In this document: piece after piece, positions 29,698 to 42,746 of the stretch
Layout: every line of letters begins with the position of its first letter
How positions within the stretch are numbered: the stretch's first letter is position 1
Notes under the pieces: generated by a model
Database searches by the model: none
Seen by the model: only the letters and a program-made list of their open reading frames with translations
What the model was told of the DNA's origin: nothing
Program-made: the position numbers and the translations under genes
Assembly (NCBI GenBank): GCA_021324945.1
Contig: JAJPID010000025.1
Location: forward strand, 13,898 to 77,897
From: Lysobacterales bacterium
GTDB lineage: Bacteria > Pseudomonadota > Gammaproteobacteria > Xanthomonadales > Rhodanobacteraceae
DNA: 64,000 nucleotides
Direction: 5' to 3'

Positions 29698-30177
29698 TCA
29701 ATCTGCTCCGCCAACCAGCGACAGCGGCCAGCGCGCACCGGCCAGCCAGTCGTCCAGCGTCGTCAGCACCAGCGGGCTGCGCAGGCGCTCGCCGAGTTCC
29801 GCGATCTGCCCGTACTCCAACCAGTGCGCGCGCAGCACGCCCTGATCCAGCCTGCACTCGGCATGATGATGCAGCGGTTGTGCGGCGAAGGTGAAGCGCA
29901 CGAGCTGCGCGCCGTGCTCGGGGCTGAAATACTGGTGCACGCCGATGAACGACTGCGGCTCGATTTCCCAGCCGGTTTCCTCCAGCGTTTCGCGGCGCGC
30001 TGCATCGAGCAGGGTTTCACCGTCTTCGAGATGCCCTGCCGGCTGATTGAAGCGCACTTCGCCGCGCACGTCTTCCTCGACCATCAGGAAGCGGCCGTTC
30101 CGATGCACCACACAAGCGACGGTCACGTGCGGACGCCAGATGTCCTCGGCGGTTTCGGAGTCGGGCATGAAAGACAT
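29698..30177 (-). CDS. NUDIX hydrolase
   Basis: Nudix box GHLEDGETLLDAARRETLEETG. Start taken at MSFMPDS (ATG 30177). Confidence 0.8.
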   Translation of the reverse strand: MSFMPDSETAEDIWRPHVTVACVVHRNGRFLMVEEDVRGEVRFNQPAGHLEDGETLLDAARRETLEETGWEIEPQSFIGVHQYFSPEHGAQLVRFTFAAQPLHHHAECRLDQGVLRAHWLEYGQIAELGERLRSPLVLTTLDDWLAGARWPLSLVGGAD

Positions 30178-30277
30178 TTCTGCAACAAGTTGAATCCTTC
30201 GCATTGTGCCATCACTTCGCGGGGTTCACTCGCCGTTTCGAAGCGTATACTTCGACCAGAATCGAACCTTTGTGGCC

Positions 30278-30610
30278 ATGGCCCCGACCAAACGACGCGA
30301 TTCCGAAACCGAACCCGAACACGGCGTGGCAGTGGAGACCGCCAAGCCGGAAACTGCGCGGCCGCCGCTGTATCAGGTGGTACTGATCAACGACGATTAC
30401 ACGCCGATGGAGTTCGTGGTGGCAGTGCTGGAAACCTTCTTCAACATGAACCGCGAGAAAGCCACCCAGATCATGTTGCACGTGCATACCCGCGGCAAGG
30501 GCGTGTGCGGCGTGTTCACACGCGAGGTCGCTGAAAGCAAGGTCACCCAGGTCAACGAATTTTCACGCGCGCATCAGCACCCCTTGTTGTGCACCATGGA
30601 AAAGTTGTAG
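30278..30610 (+). CDS. clpS: ATP-dependent Clp protease adaptor ClpS
   Basis: [27 protein letters not shown]...[17 protein letters not shown] is the canonical ClpS core. Start at ATG 30278. Confidence 0.9.
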   Translation: MAPTKRRDSETEPEHGVAVETAKPETARPPLYQVVLINDDYTPMEFVVAVLETFFNMNREKATQIMLHVHTRGKGVCGVFTREVAESKVTQVNEFSRAHQHPLLCTMEKL

Positions 30611-30779
30611 GCGATCCCCATATTTGGTCCAGGACAAGCCATCCATGGCTTGCCCGGACAAGCCGATTCCGGCACAGGTCCGGACTCGGCTTCGCGAGTT
30701 CAAGCGAAAAATACGCTTGTCTCGCGGGCGAGCCGTCCTTGGCTCCCCGTGCTTCGACGAAGGCTCAAGAGAGACCAGG

Positions 30780-33047
<2,268 letters not shown>

Positions 33048-33070
33048 CCGCTCCACGCAAGATGCAAACG

Positions 33071-33104
33071 AAAAAACGGCAGCCGGTGGCTGCCGTTTTC
33101 TTTT
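33071..33104. terminator. Bidirectional rho-independent terminator between clpA and infA
   Basis: AAAAAACGGCAGCC-ggt-GGCTGCCGTTTTCTTTT: a 9-bp stem flanked by an A-run and a T-run. Confidence 0.75.
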
Positions 33105-33231
33105 CGTCATTCCGGGGCCATCGCCGGCTGTCCAGGCAATGGAACGAGGGGTCTGCTGTTCAACACACAAGAGCAGTTTCGGGATCGCGGATCCGCCGCG
33201 TCCGGAATGACGGTGATCTAGTTCGACCGTT

Positions 33232-33450
33232 TTACCGGCTGCGGAACGTGATCCGCCCCTTGCTGAGGTCGTAAGGCGTCAGTTCCACCTTGACCTTGTC
33301 GCCGGTGATGATGCGGATGTAATGCTTGCGCATGCGACCCGAGATGTGCGCGATGACGACGTGGCCGTTTTCCAGCTGGACGCGAAACATGGTGTTGGGC
33401 AGCGTTTCCAGCACCGTGCCTTCCATTTCGATGACGTCGTCTTTGGCCAT
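33232..33450 (-). CDS. infA: Translation initiation factor IF-1
   Basis: 72 aa, [72 protein letters not shown]. Confidence 0.97.
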   Translation of the reverse strand: MAKDDVIEMEGTVLETLPNTMFRVQLENGHVVIAHISGRMRKHYIRIITGDKVKVELTPYDLSKGRITFRSR

Positions 33451-33527
33451 GTGTTCCGCAAAGCAGGGCGGCAACGCGCCGCACAATCGCGACATTCTGC
33501 CATGAGCAGGGGCTGCGCGGAAGCGTA

Positions 33528-33803
33528 TCAGCCGAAATGCTGGTCGAGTTGACGGAGGATCTCGTCTTCGATGGTGCCTTTCAACATGCCGTACATCAGG
33601 CCCAGCCGCGCACGAACGCGCACCTCGTCTTCGGTTACTGCGATCTCGCCATCCACACCGCTGCGGTGGATCAGAAAACGGTCGCCCTCCCAAATGCCTT
33701 GCAGCGAGAGGCGCTGTGACAACTTGTCGATGATTTCCTGCGCCACGGCGCGCGCGCGTTCGCGGCCGAGCTGATGCCTGCGGGTAATGTCGATGTGGGC
33801 CAT
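33528..33803 (-). CDS. Putative polyhydroxyalkanoic acid system protein (small, PHA-granule-region family)
   Basis: 91 aa. The pattern ...[53 protein letters not shown] matches that small-protein family as I recall it. Confidence 0.65.
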   Translation of the reverse strand: MAHIDITRRHQLGRERARAVAQEIIDKLSQRLSLQGIWEGDRFLIHRSGVDGEIAVTEDEVRVRARLGLMYGMLKGTIEDEILRQLDQHFG

Positions 33804-33865
33804 CTGCGCTCCAGATGCGGCAATGCGTCATGCTACAGTGCGTGGCTTCGGGCCGACCACTCCGC

Positions 33866-34618
33866 ATGCGCATCGCCTTCGTCCATTCCTCACGCGAGAC
33901 GTTCCGCAGTGCGGGCGGGCGCGTGCGCATCGGTAGCTGTGCGGAAAACGATCTCGCATTGTCCGGGTCAGGTATCGCGCAAAGGCATCTTATGATCTTA
34001 GAAGACCGCCGCGGCCTGGTGCTGGAAGTGCTGCCCGGCGCGCCACATGTGTACGTCAACGCGCGCCCGGTGCGCGAGCGTGGGCTGCTGCGTCATGGCG
34101 ATCATTTGAGTATCGGGCCCTGCAAATTGCTGTTGCTGCCTGACGTGGAGCCGGCGGAAGTTGCGCCGCTCTCGATGGCATCGGCTTCATGCACACCGCG
34201 TCCCGGTTTCGCCGCACTGCGCGCGGTTTCCGGCGCCTTGTCCGGAAAATTGCTGACGGTCGAAAACAGATTGTTGCTGGGCGGCCGCGGACCGCTGCTG
34301 GCCGGTGCGCCCACGTGTTCCGTGCAGGTTTGCGGCGAGGACTTGGTGCTCGATGCGAGCGAGGCTGAAGTGCCTGTAAATGGCGTTCCGCGCAAGCGCG
34401 TGAAGCTCGCATCCGGCGATCAGGTGACGCTGGGCGAACATCGTTTCGTCGTGGAAGCACCTGGATTGCAGGATGGAACAGATGCCGCGGAAGCGCCGCC
34501 AGATCCCTACCCGCCGCGGGAGGAAGCGCGCGCCACGCGCGCGGAATTCGGCTGGCTGCTCGGCACCGCGGCGCTGCTCGCGGCGATCATCGCTTTATTG
34601 CTCTGGTGGAGACATTGA
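33866..34618 (+). CDS. Membrane-anchored protein with two FHA-like domains
   Basis: Start at MRIAFVHSS. Two FHA-like segments ([12 protein letters not shown]...QRHLMI...NARPV...[13 protein letters not shown] and ...LLLGGRG...[26 protein letters not shown]). C-terminal TM helix ([19 protein letters not shown]). Confidence 0.65.
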   Translation: MRIAFVHSSRETFRSAGGRVRIGSCAENDLALSGSGIAQRHLMILEDRRGLVLEVLPGAPHVYVNARPVRERGLLRHGDHLSIGPCKLLLLPDVEPAEVAPLSMASASCTPRPGFAALRAVSGALSGKLLTVENRLLLGGRGPLLAGAPTCSVQVCGEDLVLDASEAEVPVNGVPRKRVKLASGDQVTLGEHRFVVEAPGLQDGTDAAEAPPDPYPPREEARATRAEFGWLLGTAALLAAIIALLLWWRH

Positions 34619-34621
34619 TCT

Positions 34622-35701
34622 ATGCGTGGTTGGAATTTCAGCGCCGGTCCCGCGGCGCTGCCGGAAGCGGTGTTGCGCCACGCGCAAGAGGAACTGCTGG
34701 AATGGGGTGACGCGCGCGCTTCGGTCATGGAGGTGAGCCATCGCGGCAAGGCGTTCGAAGCGGTGGCGGCGCAGGCCGAACGCGATCTGCGCGGGTTGCT
34801 CGGCATTCCTGAAAACTACAAGGTGCTGTTCCTGCAAGGCGGCGCCACGCAACACTTCGCGCAGATCCCGATGAATTTCTGCGTGGACGGACAGCGCGCC
34901 GACTACATCGTCACCGGCCACTGGGGCGAGAAGGCCGTGAAGGAGGCGGCGCCGTATGCGAAGCCGCATGTCGCCGCGAGTTCAGCTGATTCGAATTACA
35001 CGGTGATTCCGCCGCGCGACTCGTGGGATCTCGACTCGGAAGCCGCGTACGTGCATTACACGCCCAACGAAACCATCCACGGCGTGGAGTTCCATGAAGT
35101 CCCCGATGTCGGCGGCGTGCCGCTGGTCGCGGACATGTCATCCGACATTCTTTCACGGCCGATCGACGTATCGCGTTTCGGCCTGATCTACGCCGGCGCG
35201 CAGAAGAACATCGGCCCTTCCGGGCTGGTCGTGCTGATCGTGCGCGACGATCTTTTGCAGCGCAACCCGCGGCCATTGCCGAAGATCTTCCGCTACGCCG
35301 AACACGCCGCGCAGAATTCGATGCTCAACACGCCCAACACCTGGGGCTGGTATCTCGCCGGACTGACGTTCCAGTGGCTGAGGGAGCAGGGCGGACTGGC
35401 TGCCATGGAGCGGCGCAATCGCGAAAAGGCCGACCTGATGTACGAGGCAATCGATTTGTCTGGCGGCTACTATCGTAATCCGGTCGAACCTTCCGCGCGT
35501 TCGCGCATGAACGTGCCATTCACGCTGCACGACTCGGCGCTCGACGCGCTGTTCTTGAAGGAATCCGAAGCCGCAGGCCTGCTGGCGTTGAAAGGCCACC
35601 GCGCGGTGGGTGGCATGCGCGCTTCGCTCTACAACGCACTGCCGGTCGAAGGCGTGCGTGCGCTCGCTGATTTCATGCGCGATTTCGCGCAGAGGCACTA
35701 G
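34622..35701 (+). CDS. serC: Phosphoserine aminotransferase
   Basis: 359 aa. [27 protein letters not shown] and [10 protein letters not shown] are the SerC signature. Confidence 0.95.
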   Translation: MRGWNFSAGPAALPEAVLRHAQEELLEWGDARASVMEVSHRGKAFEAVAAQAERDLRGLLGIPENYKVLFLQGGATQHFAQIPMNFCVDGQRADYIVTGHWGEKAVKEAAPYAKPHVAASSADSNYTVIPPRDSWDLDSEAAYVHYTPNETIHGVEFHEVPDVGGVPLVADMSSDILSRPIDVSRFGLIYAGAQKNIGPSGLVVLIVRDDLLQRNPRPLPKIFRYAEHAAQNSMLNTPNTWGWYLAGLTFQWLREQGGLAAMERRNREKADLMYEAIDLSGGYYRNPVEPSARSRMNVPFTLHDSALDALFLKESEAAGLLALKGHRAVGGMRASLYNALPVEGVRALADFMRDFAQRH

Positions 35702-35704
35702 CGC

Positions 35705-36871
35705 ATGTTCGATATCCTGACACTCAACAACATCGCCGCCAGTGGCCTGGCGCGTTTGCCGAAAGAGCAGTATCGAATCAGCAACGATGTGACCGAACCC
35801 GACGCGATCCTGCTGCGCAGCGCCGATCTGCATGCGCGGCCAATTCCGCGGAGCGCGCTAGCCATCGCGCGCGCGGGTGCCGGCACCAACAACATTCCCG
35901 TTGCGGAAATGTCGAAGCGTGGCGTGCCGGTGTTCAACGCGCCCGGCGCCAATGCCAACGCGGTGAAAGAGTTGGTCATTGCGGGCATGCTGCTGGCTGC
36001 GCGCAATCTGCCCGATGCGCTGACATTCGCGTCCTCGATCGCCGCCGAAGCCGACGCGCACGCGAAAATGGAAGCGGAGAAGAAACGTTTCGCCGGTTCC
36101 GAATTGGCCGGCAAGACATTGGGCGTGGTGGGCCTGGGTGCGATCGGCGTGCGCGTGGCCAATGCAGCGTTCGGATTGGGGATGCGCGTGATCGGCTTCG
36201 ATCCGCACATGACCGTGGAAGGCGCGTGGCAATTGTCTTCGAGCGTGCAGCGTGCCAATTCACTGGAAGAACTTTACGGCGCATCCGATTACGTCACGAT
36301 CCACGTGCCGCTCACCGATGGCACGCGCGGTTTGTTCGGCGCGAAGGCCGTCGCGGCCTCGAAGCCGGGACTGGTGTTGCTGAACTTCGCGCGCGAGGGG
36401 GTGATCGACGCGGCGGCGGTGCGCAAAGGCCTGGACGAAGGCAAGCTCGGCCGCTATGTCAGCGATTTTCCGGTTGCGGAGTTCGCCGGCCATCCGCGCT
36501 CGATCGCATTACCGCATCTGGGAGCGTCCACCGCGGAGGCAGAAGAAAATTGCGCGGTGATGGTCGCCGATCAGTTGCGCGAATTCCTCGAGAACGGCAA
36601 CGTACAGCACTCGGTGAATTTTCCTAACACGCGCATGGCGCGCGCCGGCCGTGCGCGGCTGTGCATCGCCAACGCCAATCGGCCCAACATGATCGGACAG
36701 TTGTCGCACGTGCTCGGCGAAGCTGGCTTGAACATCGCGCAGATGCACAACGCCTCGCGGAGCGATCTGGCTTACAACTTGATCGACGTGGATGCGCCGG
36801 TTCCGGAATCGCTGGTGCAGGCGATCAACGCCATCGACGGCATTCTTTCCGTGCGCGTCATTGGCGCTTGA
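35705..36871 (+). CDS. serA: D-3-phosphoglycerate dehydrogenase (short type with C-terminal ACT domain)
   Basis: 388 aa. 2-hydroxyacid dehydrogenase NAD-binding motif (GVVGLGAIGVRVA) and catalytic region (LLNFAREGV, HLGASTAEA). ACT-like tail (RLCIANANRPNMIGQLSHVLGEAGLNI). Confidence 0.75.
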   Translation: MFDILTLNNIAASGLARLPKEQYRISNDVTEPDAILLRSADLHARPIPRSALAIARAGAGTNNIPVAEMSKRGVPVFNAPGANANAVKELVIAGMLLAARNLPDALTFASSIAAEADAHAKMEAEKKRFAGSELAGKTLGVVGLGAIGVRVANAAFGLGMRVIGFDPHMTVEGAWQLSSSVQRANSLEELYGASDYVTIHVPLTDGTRGLFGAKAVAASKPGLVLLNFAREGVIDAAAVRKGLDEGKLGRYVSDFPVAEFAGHPRSIALPHLGASTAEAEENCAVMVADQLREFLENGNVQHSVNFPNTRMARAGRARLCIANANRPNMIGQLSHVLGEAGLNIAQMHNASRSDLAYNLIDVDAPVPESLVQAINAIDGILSVRVIGA

Positions 36872-36883
36872 ATCGAAGCAGCG

Positions 36884-37996
36884 ATGAGCAACGGCTTTGA
36901 CGCGACGCGATTGGCCAATTCCGCAACGCGCGCGTTGCGCGCTTACGATCCAGGCCACGACCTGCCGGCCTTGCGCAAACACTTCGGCGCGCAGATCGCG
37001 GAACTCGGTTCAAATGAGAATCCGTTGGGCCCGAGCCCGCGAGCGCTGGAAGCGATGCGCAATGCGCTGAAGGAAAGTTTTCGCTATCCCGATCCTCGCG
37101 GCTTGGCGCTGAAAACCGCACTGGCTGAGCATCTGGGCGTCGATGTCGAGCGAATCGCGCTGGGCAACGGTTCGCATGAATTGCTGATATTGCTGGCGCA
37201 ATGCTTCGCGGACGCGGCGCATTCGATCGTCTATTCGCAATTCGGCTTTGCGGTGTTTCCGATTGCGACCGCCGCCGCAGGCGCGCAACCCATCTGCGTG
37301 CCGGCACTCCCTCACGATCACGCGCGCGCCCCGTATGGCCACGATTTATCGACGATGTTAGGTGCGATCCATCCTGACACGCGCATCGTGTACCTGGCCA
37401 ATCCCAACAATCCCACCGGCACGTGGTTCGAAGATACCGCACTTGCGGAATTTCTCGCGAATGCTTCACGCGATGTTCTAGTTGTCGTGGATGAGGCCTA
37501 TCACGAATATGTCGATGCGCCAGGGTTGAGCAGCGCGTTGCGATTTTCGGACGAACATCCCAATCTGATCGTCACACGCACGTTCTCCAAGGCTTACGGT
37601 TTGGCGGGTTTGCGCGTCGGTTATCTGATCGCGCACGCAAGCGTGGTCGCAGTGGTGGAGCGGCTGCGCGAATCGTTCAATGTCAACAACGTCGCGCTCG
37701 CGGGCGCGGAGGCGGCGCTCGCCGATGGCGAACATTTGCAGCATTCGCGCGAATTCAACAACGCCGAGCGCGAATGGCTGCGCGGCAAATTGGAATCGCG
37801 CGGCTACCGCTGCCTGCCGTCGCAAACCAATTTCCTGATGATCGATCTGGGCGGTGATGCGTCGGCGCTGGAGCGGCGTTTGTTCGAACGCGGCGTGATC
37901 GTGCGTCCGATGGGCGGGTACGGTCTGCCGCAGACATTGCGGATCAGCATCGGCAGCCGCGACGAGAACGAACGTTTGCTGCAAGCGCTACCGTGA
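36884..37996 (+). CDS. hisC: Histidinol-phosphate aminotransferase family protein
   Basis: 370 aa. LGSNENPLGPSP, NPNNPTG and RTFSKAYGLAGLRVGY (PLP lysine). Its position in an aromatic amino-acid cluster suggests a possible aromatic aminotransferase role (inference). Confidence 0.85.
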   Translation: MSNGFDATRLANSATRALRAYDPGHDLPALRKHFGAQIAELGSNENPLGPSPRALEAMRNALKESFRYPDPRGLALKTALAEHLGVDVERIALGNGSHELLILLAQCFADAAHSIVYSQFGFAVFPIATAAAGAQPICVPALPHDHARAPYGHDLSTMLGAIHPDTRIVYLANPNNPTGTWFEDTALAEFLANASRDVLVVVDEAYHEYVDAPGLSSALRFSDEHPNLIVTRTFSKAYGLAGLRVGYLIAHASVVAVVERLRESFNVNNVALAGAEAALADGEHLQHSREFNNAEREWLRGKLESRGYRCLPSQTNFLMIDLGGDASALERRLFERGVIVRPMGGYGLPQTLRISIGSRDENERLLQALP

Positions 37997-39300
37997 CCAT
38001 GAGCATGGACTGGATCAGCTCGCCCGCAGGCGCACTTCACGGCGAGGTTGCCATTCCAGGCGACAAATCCGTTTCGCATCGCGCGTTGATGCTCGGCGCG
38101 ATCGCGGAGGGCGCGACGCATATCCGCGGTTTTTTGGAAAGCGCCGACACACACGCGACCGAAAACATCCTGCGCGCAATGGACGTGCGCATCGATATGC
38201 CCGTCAGAGATGAACGCATCGTGCATGGCGTGGGTTTGCACGGACTACGCGCACCGGGTGGCGAACTCGATTGCGGCAATTCCGGCACGGCGATGCGTCT
38301 GCTCGCCGGTCTGCTCGCGGGTCAAAGGTTCGACTCGGTTCTGACAGGTGATGCATCCTTGTCGCGCCGACCGATGCGCCGCTTGATCGAACCATTGACC
38401 GCGATGGGCGCAAGCGTCACGGCGAAAAACAGCGACCTGCCGCCGCTCCGCATCACCGGTGGCCAGACGCTGCGCGGCATCGACTTCCGTTCGCCGATCG
38501 CCAGTGCACAGGTGAAGTCCGCGATTCTGCTGGCAGGCTTGTACGCGCGGGGCGAAACGCAGGTGCGCGAGCCGCAACCGACGCGCGATTACACCGAGCG
38601 CATGTTGGCCGCATTCGGATGCCGAATCGAATTCGAGCCGGGCAAGGCGAGGCTCCATGGCGATCACACATTGCGTGCCACCGATGTGAGCGTACCCGCT
38701 GACTTTTCTTCCGCCGCGTTTTTCATTGTGGCAGCAACGCTGCTGCCCGGCAGCGAACTGCGCCTGATGCAGGTGGGCTTGAACCCGCGCCGCATTGGCC
38801 TGCTGCGCATACTGCGTGCTATGGGGGCGGACATTGTCGAGGAGGACACGCTGAAATCCGGTGGCGAGCATGTTGCCGATCTGATCGTACGGCATGCACC
38901 GCTGCGCGGTATCGAGGTGCCGGCCGAATACGTGGCAGACATGATCGACGAATTTCCGATCCTGTTCGTGGCAGCCGCCTCTGCGCAGGGAATAACCACG
39001 ATCCGCGGCGCGGGCGAATTGCGCGTCAAGGAATCAGACCGTATCGCGGTGATGACGACAGGCCTGCGCGCGCTCGGCATCCAAGTCGAGGAAACACCGG
39101 ATGGCGCGATGATCGAAGGCGGCGCTTTGCGCGGCGGCGAAGTCGATGCGCAAGGCGATCATCGCTGCGCGATGGCGTTTGCTGTGGCTGGCGCGATGGC
39201 GGACGGCCCCGTGCGTGTCCGCGATTGCGCCAACGTCATCACGTCCTTTCCCGCCTTTCCCACACTCGCGAACCGCTGCGGCTTCCGACTCTCGGCCTGA
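37993..39300 (+). CDS. aroA: 3-phosphoshikimate 1-carboxyvinyltransferase (EPSP synthase)
   Basis: 435 aa. PGDKSVSHRALMLGA, LDCGNSGTAMRLLAG and RVKESDR. GTG 37993 overlaps the hisC stop. ATG 37999 is an alternative start. Confidence 0.95.
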   Translation: MTMSMDWISSPAGALHGEVAIPGDKSVSHRALMLGAIAEGATHIRGFLESADTHATENILRAMDVRIDMPVRDERIVHGVGLHGLRAPGGELDCGNSGTAMRLLAGLLAGQRFDSVLTGDASLSRRPMRRLIEPLTAMGASVTAKNSDLPPLRITGGQTLRGIDFRSPIASAQVKSAILLAGLYARGETQVREPQPTRDYTERMLAAFGCRIEFEPGKARLHGDHTLRATDVSVPADFSSAAFFIVAATLLPGSELRLMQVGLNPRRIGLLRILRAMGADIVEEDTLKSGGEHVADLIVRHAPLRGIEVPAEYVADMIDEFPILFVAAASAQGITTIRGAGELRVKESDRIAVMTTGLRALGIQVEETPDGAMIEGGALRGGEVDAQGDHRCAMAFAVAGAMADGPVRVRDCANVITSFPAFPTLANRCGFRLSA

Positions 39301-39387
39301 ACCGACGCGGGGCCTTGTAGAATGTGCATGAGTACAGATTCAGAAATCACCTGCGGAATTTCATTCAATCCTATGTTCTGATTGAAA

Positions 39388-40062
39388 ATGAGTGCGGCTG
39401 TCCACATTCTAACTCTTGACGGCCCCTCCGGCTCCGGCAAAGGCACCATCGCCCGTGCCGTAGCCGACAAGCTGGGTTGGCACCTGCTGGATTCGGGCGC
39501 CTTGTATCGCGCGGTCGGTTATGCCGCAGCCATGGCCGGTCTGGATCTGTCGGATGCCGAGGCGGTGACCCGTTGCGCGCAGCAAATCAAGATCGCTTTC
39601 CGCGATCCTAAGGATGGCGGCGAGACTCGTGTGATCGTCAACGGCGTGGATGCCACCGACGAGCTGCGCACCGAGACCGCCGGTGCGGCGGCTTCGGCCA
39701 TCGCGGCGATCCCTGCGGTGCGGCAGGCGCTGGTCGACTTGCAGTGGTCGTTTCGCAAGCCACCTGGCTTGGTGGCAGACGGCCGTGACATGGGCACGGT
39801 GATCTTCCCGGACGCGCCCTATAAGGTGTTTCTCACCGCCTCGGCCGCCGAGCGCGCGAAAAGACGCTATAAACAGTTGAAGGAAAAGGGACTCAACGTT
39901 ACACTAGCCAGCCTTTTGCGCGAGATCGAGGCGCGCGATGCACGTGATGCGTCGCGCGCCGTTGCGCCGTTGAAGCCTGCAAACGACGCAGTTCTGCTCG
40001 ATACGACCGGGATGTCGATCGAGCAGGTCGTGGCCAAGGTGCTGTCGCTGGTGCAAGCCTGA
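39388..40062 (+). CDS. cmk: (d)CMP kinase
   Basis: ATG 39388 gives [20 protein letters not shown] (P-loop). The track start at 39382 is a TTG two codons upstream. Confidence 0.95.
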   Translation: MSAAVHILTLDGPSGSGKGTIARAVADKLGWHLLDSGALYRAVGYAAAMAGLDLSDAEAVTRCAQQIKIAFRDPKDGGETRVIVNGVDATDELRTETAGAAASAIAAIPAVRQALVDLQWSFRKPPGLVADGRDMGTVIFPDAPYKVFLTASAAERAKRRYKQLKEKGLNVTLASLLREIEARDARDASRAVAPLKPANDAVLLDTTGMSIEQVVAKVLSLVQA

Positions 40063-40318
40063 TTGCGCAACGAAGTCCTCGCAGCACATGGATGTGCTGC
40101 ACGCAATCAAACACGCTGTGGGTTCATGTGTTTGATTGACAAAGCCGAGCCCGGATACGTGCCGAACTCGGCGTGCTCTGGCGAATTCGGGACAGATTTG
40201 TCCAGAGCAAAAAAGTCCTCACCACGGCGCTCGCGCGCCCCCAACCGGCGGACCGCCGCCAGAGAAACATTGCATGAACTTCGAGGTCGACGCGGTCCAT
40301 TCCTCCACTGGAAACCCC

Positions 40319-41989
40319 ATGAACGAAAGTTTTGCCGAGCTGTTTGAACAGAGCCAGTCGCTCAACAAATTGAAACCCGGATCGATCGTATCCGGCATTG
40401 TCGTGGACATCCGTTCCGACGTAGTGGTCATCAACGCGGGCCTGAAATCCGAGGGCATTGTGCCCATCGAACAATTCCGTGAGGAAGACGGCACGCTGGA
40501 AATCCACATCGGCGACGAGGTGAAGCTCGCGCTGGACGCGATCGAAGACGGTTTCGGCGAAACCAAGCTCTCGCGCGAAAAGGCCAAGCGCGCACTGGTG
40601 TGGGACGAGCTGGAAAGCGCGTTCGAGAAGAGCGAGGCGATCACCGGCCGCATCAGCGGCAAGGTCAAGGGCGGTTTCACCGTCGACATCAAGGACGTAC
40701 GCGCGTTCCTGCCCGGTTCGCTGGTGGACGTGCGTCCGGTGCGCGATCCGGGCTATCTGGAAGGCAAGGATCTCGAGTTCAAGATCATCAAGCTCGACCG
40801 CAAGCGCAACAACGTGGTGGTGTCGCGGCGCGCGGTCGTGGAGAGCGAGCACTCGGAAGAGCGCGAGCAGTTGCTGGAGAAACTGCAGGAGGGCGCGGTG
40901 CTGAAGGGTGTGGTGAAGAACCTCACGGACTACGGCGCCTTCGTGGATCTGGGTGGCATCGACGGCCTGCTGCACATCACCGACATGGCGTGGAAGCGCG
41001 TGCGGCATCCATCCGAAGTCGTCAACGTCGGCGACGAACTGGACGTGCGCGTGCTGAAGTTCGACCGCGAGCGCAACCGCGTTTCGCTCGGCTTGAAGCA
41101 GCTCGGCGACGATCCCTGGGTCAATATCGCTCGCCGTTATCCGTCGGGTACGCGCCTGTTCGGAAAGGTTTCCAACGTCACCGATTACGGTTGCTTCGTG
41201 GAGCTGGAGCCGGGCGTGGAAGGTTTGGTGCACGTCTCCGAAATGGACTGGACCAACAAGAACGTCAACCCGGCCAAGATGGTGCAGGTCGGCGACGAAG
41301 TGGAAGTGATGGTGCTGGACGTCGATGAAGAGCGTCGCCGCATTTCACTCGGCATCAAGCAAACTCAGGCCAATCCCTGGGAAGCGTTCGCGGCCACCTA
41401 CAAGAAGGGTGACAAGGTCAAGGGCAACATCAAGTCGATTACCGATTTCGGCATCTTCGTCGGCCTGGAAGGCGGCATCGACGGACTGGTGCACCTGTCC
41501 GACATCTCCTGGCAGACGCCGGGCGAGGAACTGGTACGCAACTTCAAGAAGGGCGACGAGGTTGAGGCGGTGGTACTGGCGGTCGATCCTGAACGAGAGC
41601 GCATCAGCCTCGGCATCAAGCAGCTCGAGCAGGATCCCTTCGGTCAGTTCATGGCCAACCATCCGCGCGGTTCGATCGTCAACGGCAGTGTCAAGGAAGT
41701 GGACGCACGCGGTGCGGTCGTCGATCTGGGCGATGGAGTCGAGGGTTATCTCGCCGCGCGCGATGTGGCCAAGGAACGCGTCGACGATGTCGGCCAGCAT
41801 TTCAAGGTCGGCGACAAGGTGGAAGCCAAGTTCATCGGCATGGACCGCAAGGGTCGCATGCTGCAACTTTCCATCCGCGCCAAGGACGAGGACGAGCTGG
41901 CCGAAACGCTTTCGGATTACCAGGACGCCGGCAGCGGCACGACTAAGCTGGGCGCGCTGTTGAAAGAGCAGATGAACAAATCGGAGTAA
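40319..41989 (+). CDS. rpsA: 30S ribosomal protein S1
   Basis: Start at [12 protein letters not shown]. Six S1 repeats. 556 aa. Confidence 0.97.
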   Translation: MNESFAELFEQSQSLNKLKPGSIVSGIVVDIRSDVVVINAGLKSEGIVPIEQFREEDGTLEIHIGDEVKLALDAIEDGFGETKLSREKAKRALVWDELESAFEKSEAITGRISGKVKGGFTVDIKDVRAFLPGSLVDVRPVRDPGYLEGKDLEFKIIKLDRKRNNVVVSRRAVVESEHSEEREQLLEKLQEGAVLKGVVKNLTDYGAFVDLGGIDGLLHITDMAWKRVRHPSEVVNVGDELDVRVLKFDRERNRVSLGLKQLGDDPWVNIARRYPSGTRLFGKVSNVTDYGCFVELEPGVEGLVHVSEMDWTNKNVNPAKMVQVGDEVEVMVLDVDEERRRISLGIKQTQANPWEAFAATYKKGDKVKGNIKSITDFGIFVGLEGGIDGLVHLSDISWQTPGEELVRNFKKGDEVEAVVLAVDPERERISLGIKQLEQDPFGQFMANHPRGSIVNGSVKEVDARGAVVDLGDGVEGYLAARDVAKERVDDVGQHFKVGDKVEAKFIGMDRKGRMLQLSIRAKDEDELAETLSDYQDAGSGTTKLGALLKEQMNKSE

Positions 41990-42001
41990 GGCTCAAGCGA
42001 G

Positions 42002-42033
42002 CCGGAGGCGCGGGGTTCTGCCCACGCCTCCGG
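42002..42033 (+). terminator. Hairpin between rpsA and ihfB (terminator/attenuator)
   Basis: CCGGAGGCG-N14-CGCCTCCGG, a 9-bp stem starting 13 nt after the rpsA stop. The following T tract is weak. Confidence 0.4.
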
Positions 42034-42047
42034 TTCAGGACCTCGCG

Positions 42048-42422
42048 ATGAATGTTCAACAATTGCCAGCAAACGTCGAAGCCGCGATGCCGGAACCCAA
42101 GGGCCAGCATTCCATCACCAAGTCCGAACTGATCGAAGCGCTCGCCGCGCGCCAGACGCACCTCGCGTTCGCCGATGTGGAACTGGCCGTGCGCAACGTG
42201 ATCGAGCAGATGAGCAGCGCCCTCGCCAACGGTGAACGCATCGAAGTGCGCGGCTTCGGCAGTTTCTCGCTGCACTACCGGCCGCCGCGCACCGGTCGCA
42301 ATCCCAAGACCGGCACTGCGGTGGCGTTGCCGGGCAAATATGTGCCGCATTTCAAGCCGGGCAAGGAACTGCGCGAGCGCGTCAAGGGCGATGCGCGGTC
42401 GGATGATCCGTCGTCCGATTGA
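42048..42422 (+). CDS. ihfB: Integration host factor subunit beta
   Basis: [17 protein letters not shown]...[26 protein letters not shown]...[14 protein letters not shown]. The start may be ATG 42048 or ATG 42087. Confidence 0.9.
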   Translation: MNVQQLPANVEAAMPEPKGQHSITKSELIEALAARQTHLAFADVELAVRNVIEQMSSALANGERIEVRGFGSFSLHYRPPRTGRNPKTGTAVALPGKYVPHFKPGKELRERVKGDARSDDPSSD

Positions 42423-42509
42423 TGCGCCCCTGATCGAAGCGGGTGTGTGCGGCGCCGGCACGTCGATCGGTTACATTGAGCACCGGCCGGTCTGCGGAAA
42501 TTTTCCAAC

Positions 42510-42746
42510 ATGCGCGCGCTGATCGCGATATTTGTGGTGTTGTTCTTGATTGCGGGCGTGCTCTTCGGCGCGCTGAATCCGCAGCGCGTGCATTACGACT
42601 TCCTGTTCGCGCATTTTGAAATTTCCAAGGGCATTGCCTTGCTGATCGCGCTGCTGATCGGCTGGCTGCTGGGCGGCGCGCTGTGCTGGGCGGGATCGAG
42701 CCTGGCGCGCAGAAATCCGCGCAAATCCGACGGTCAGCGCGCATGA
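42510..42746 (+). CDS. lapA: Lipopolysaccharide assembly protein LapA (DUF1049)
   Basis: 78 aa with two TM helices, immediately upstream of lapB and overlapping it (ATGA). Confidence 0.75.
   Translation: MRALIAIFVVLFLIAGVLFGALNPQRVHYDFLFAHFEISKGIALLIALLIGWLLGGALCWAGSSLARRNPRKSDGQRA

Noticed and set aside
33105-33212. 11-bp inverted repeat CGTCATTCCGG / CCGGAATGACG flanking 86 nt between clpA and infA (possible MITE or structured RNA). Also checked for a tRNA, since E. coli has serW in this position.
   Set aside because: A single 11-bp IR is near chance expectation for a window this size. No second copy, no TSD and no T-loop or cloverleaf were found.
40081-40140. Hairpin GCAGCACAT-gg-ATGTGCTGC, a second stem CAAACAC-N12-GTGTTTG, and a TTGACA hexamer upstream of rpsA (possible cmk terminator and rpsA promoter).
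   Set aside because: There is no U-tract after the hairpins and no acceptable -10 at 16-19 bp from the TTGACA, so they were not called as features.
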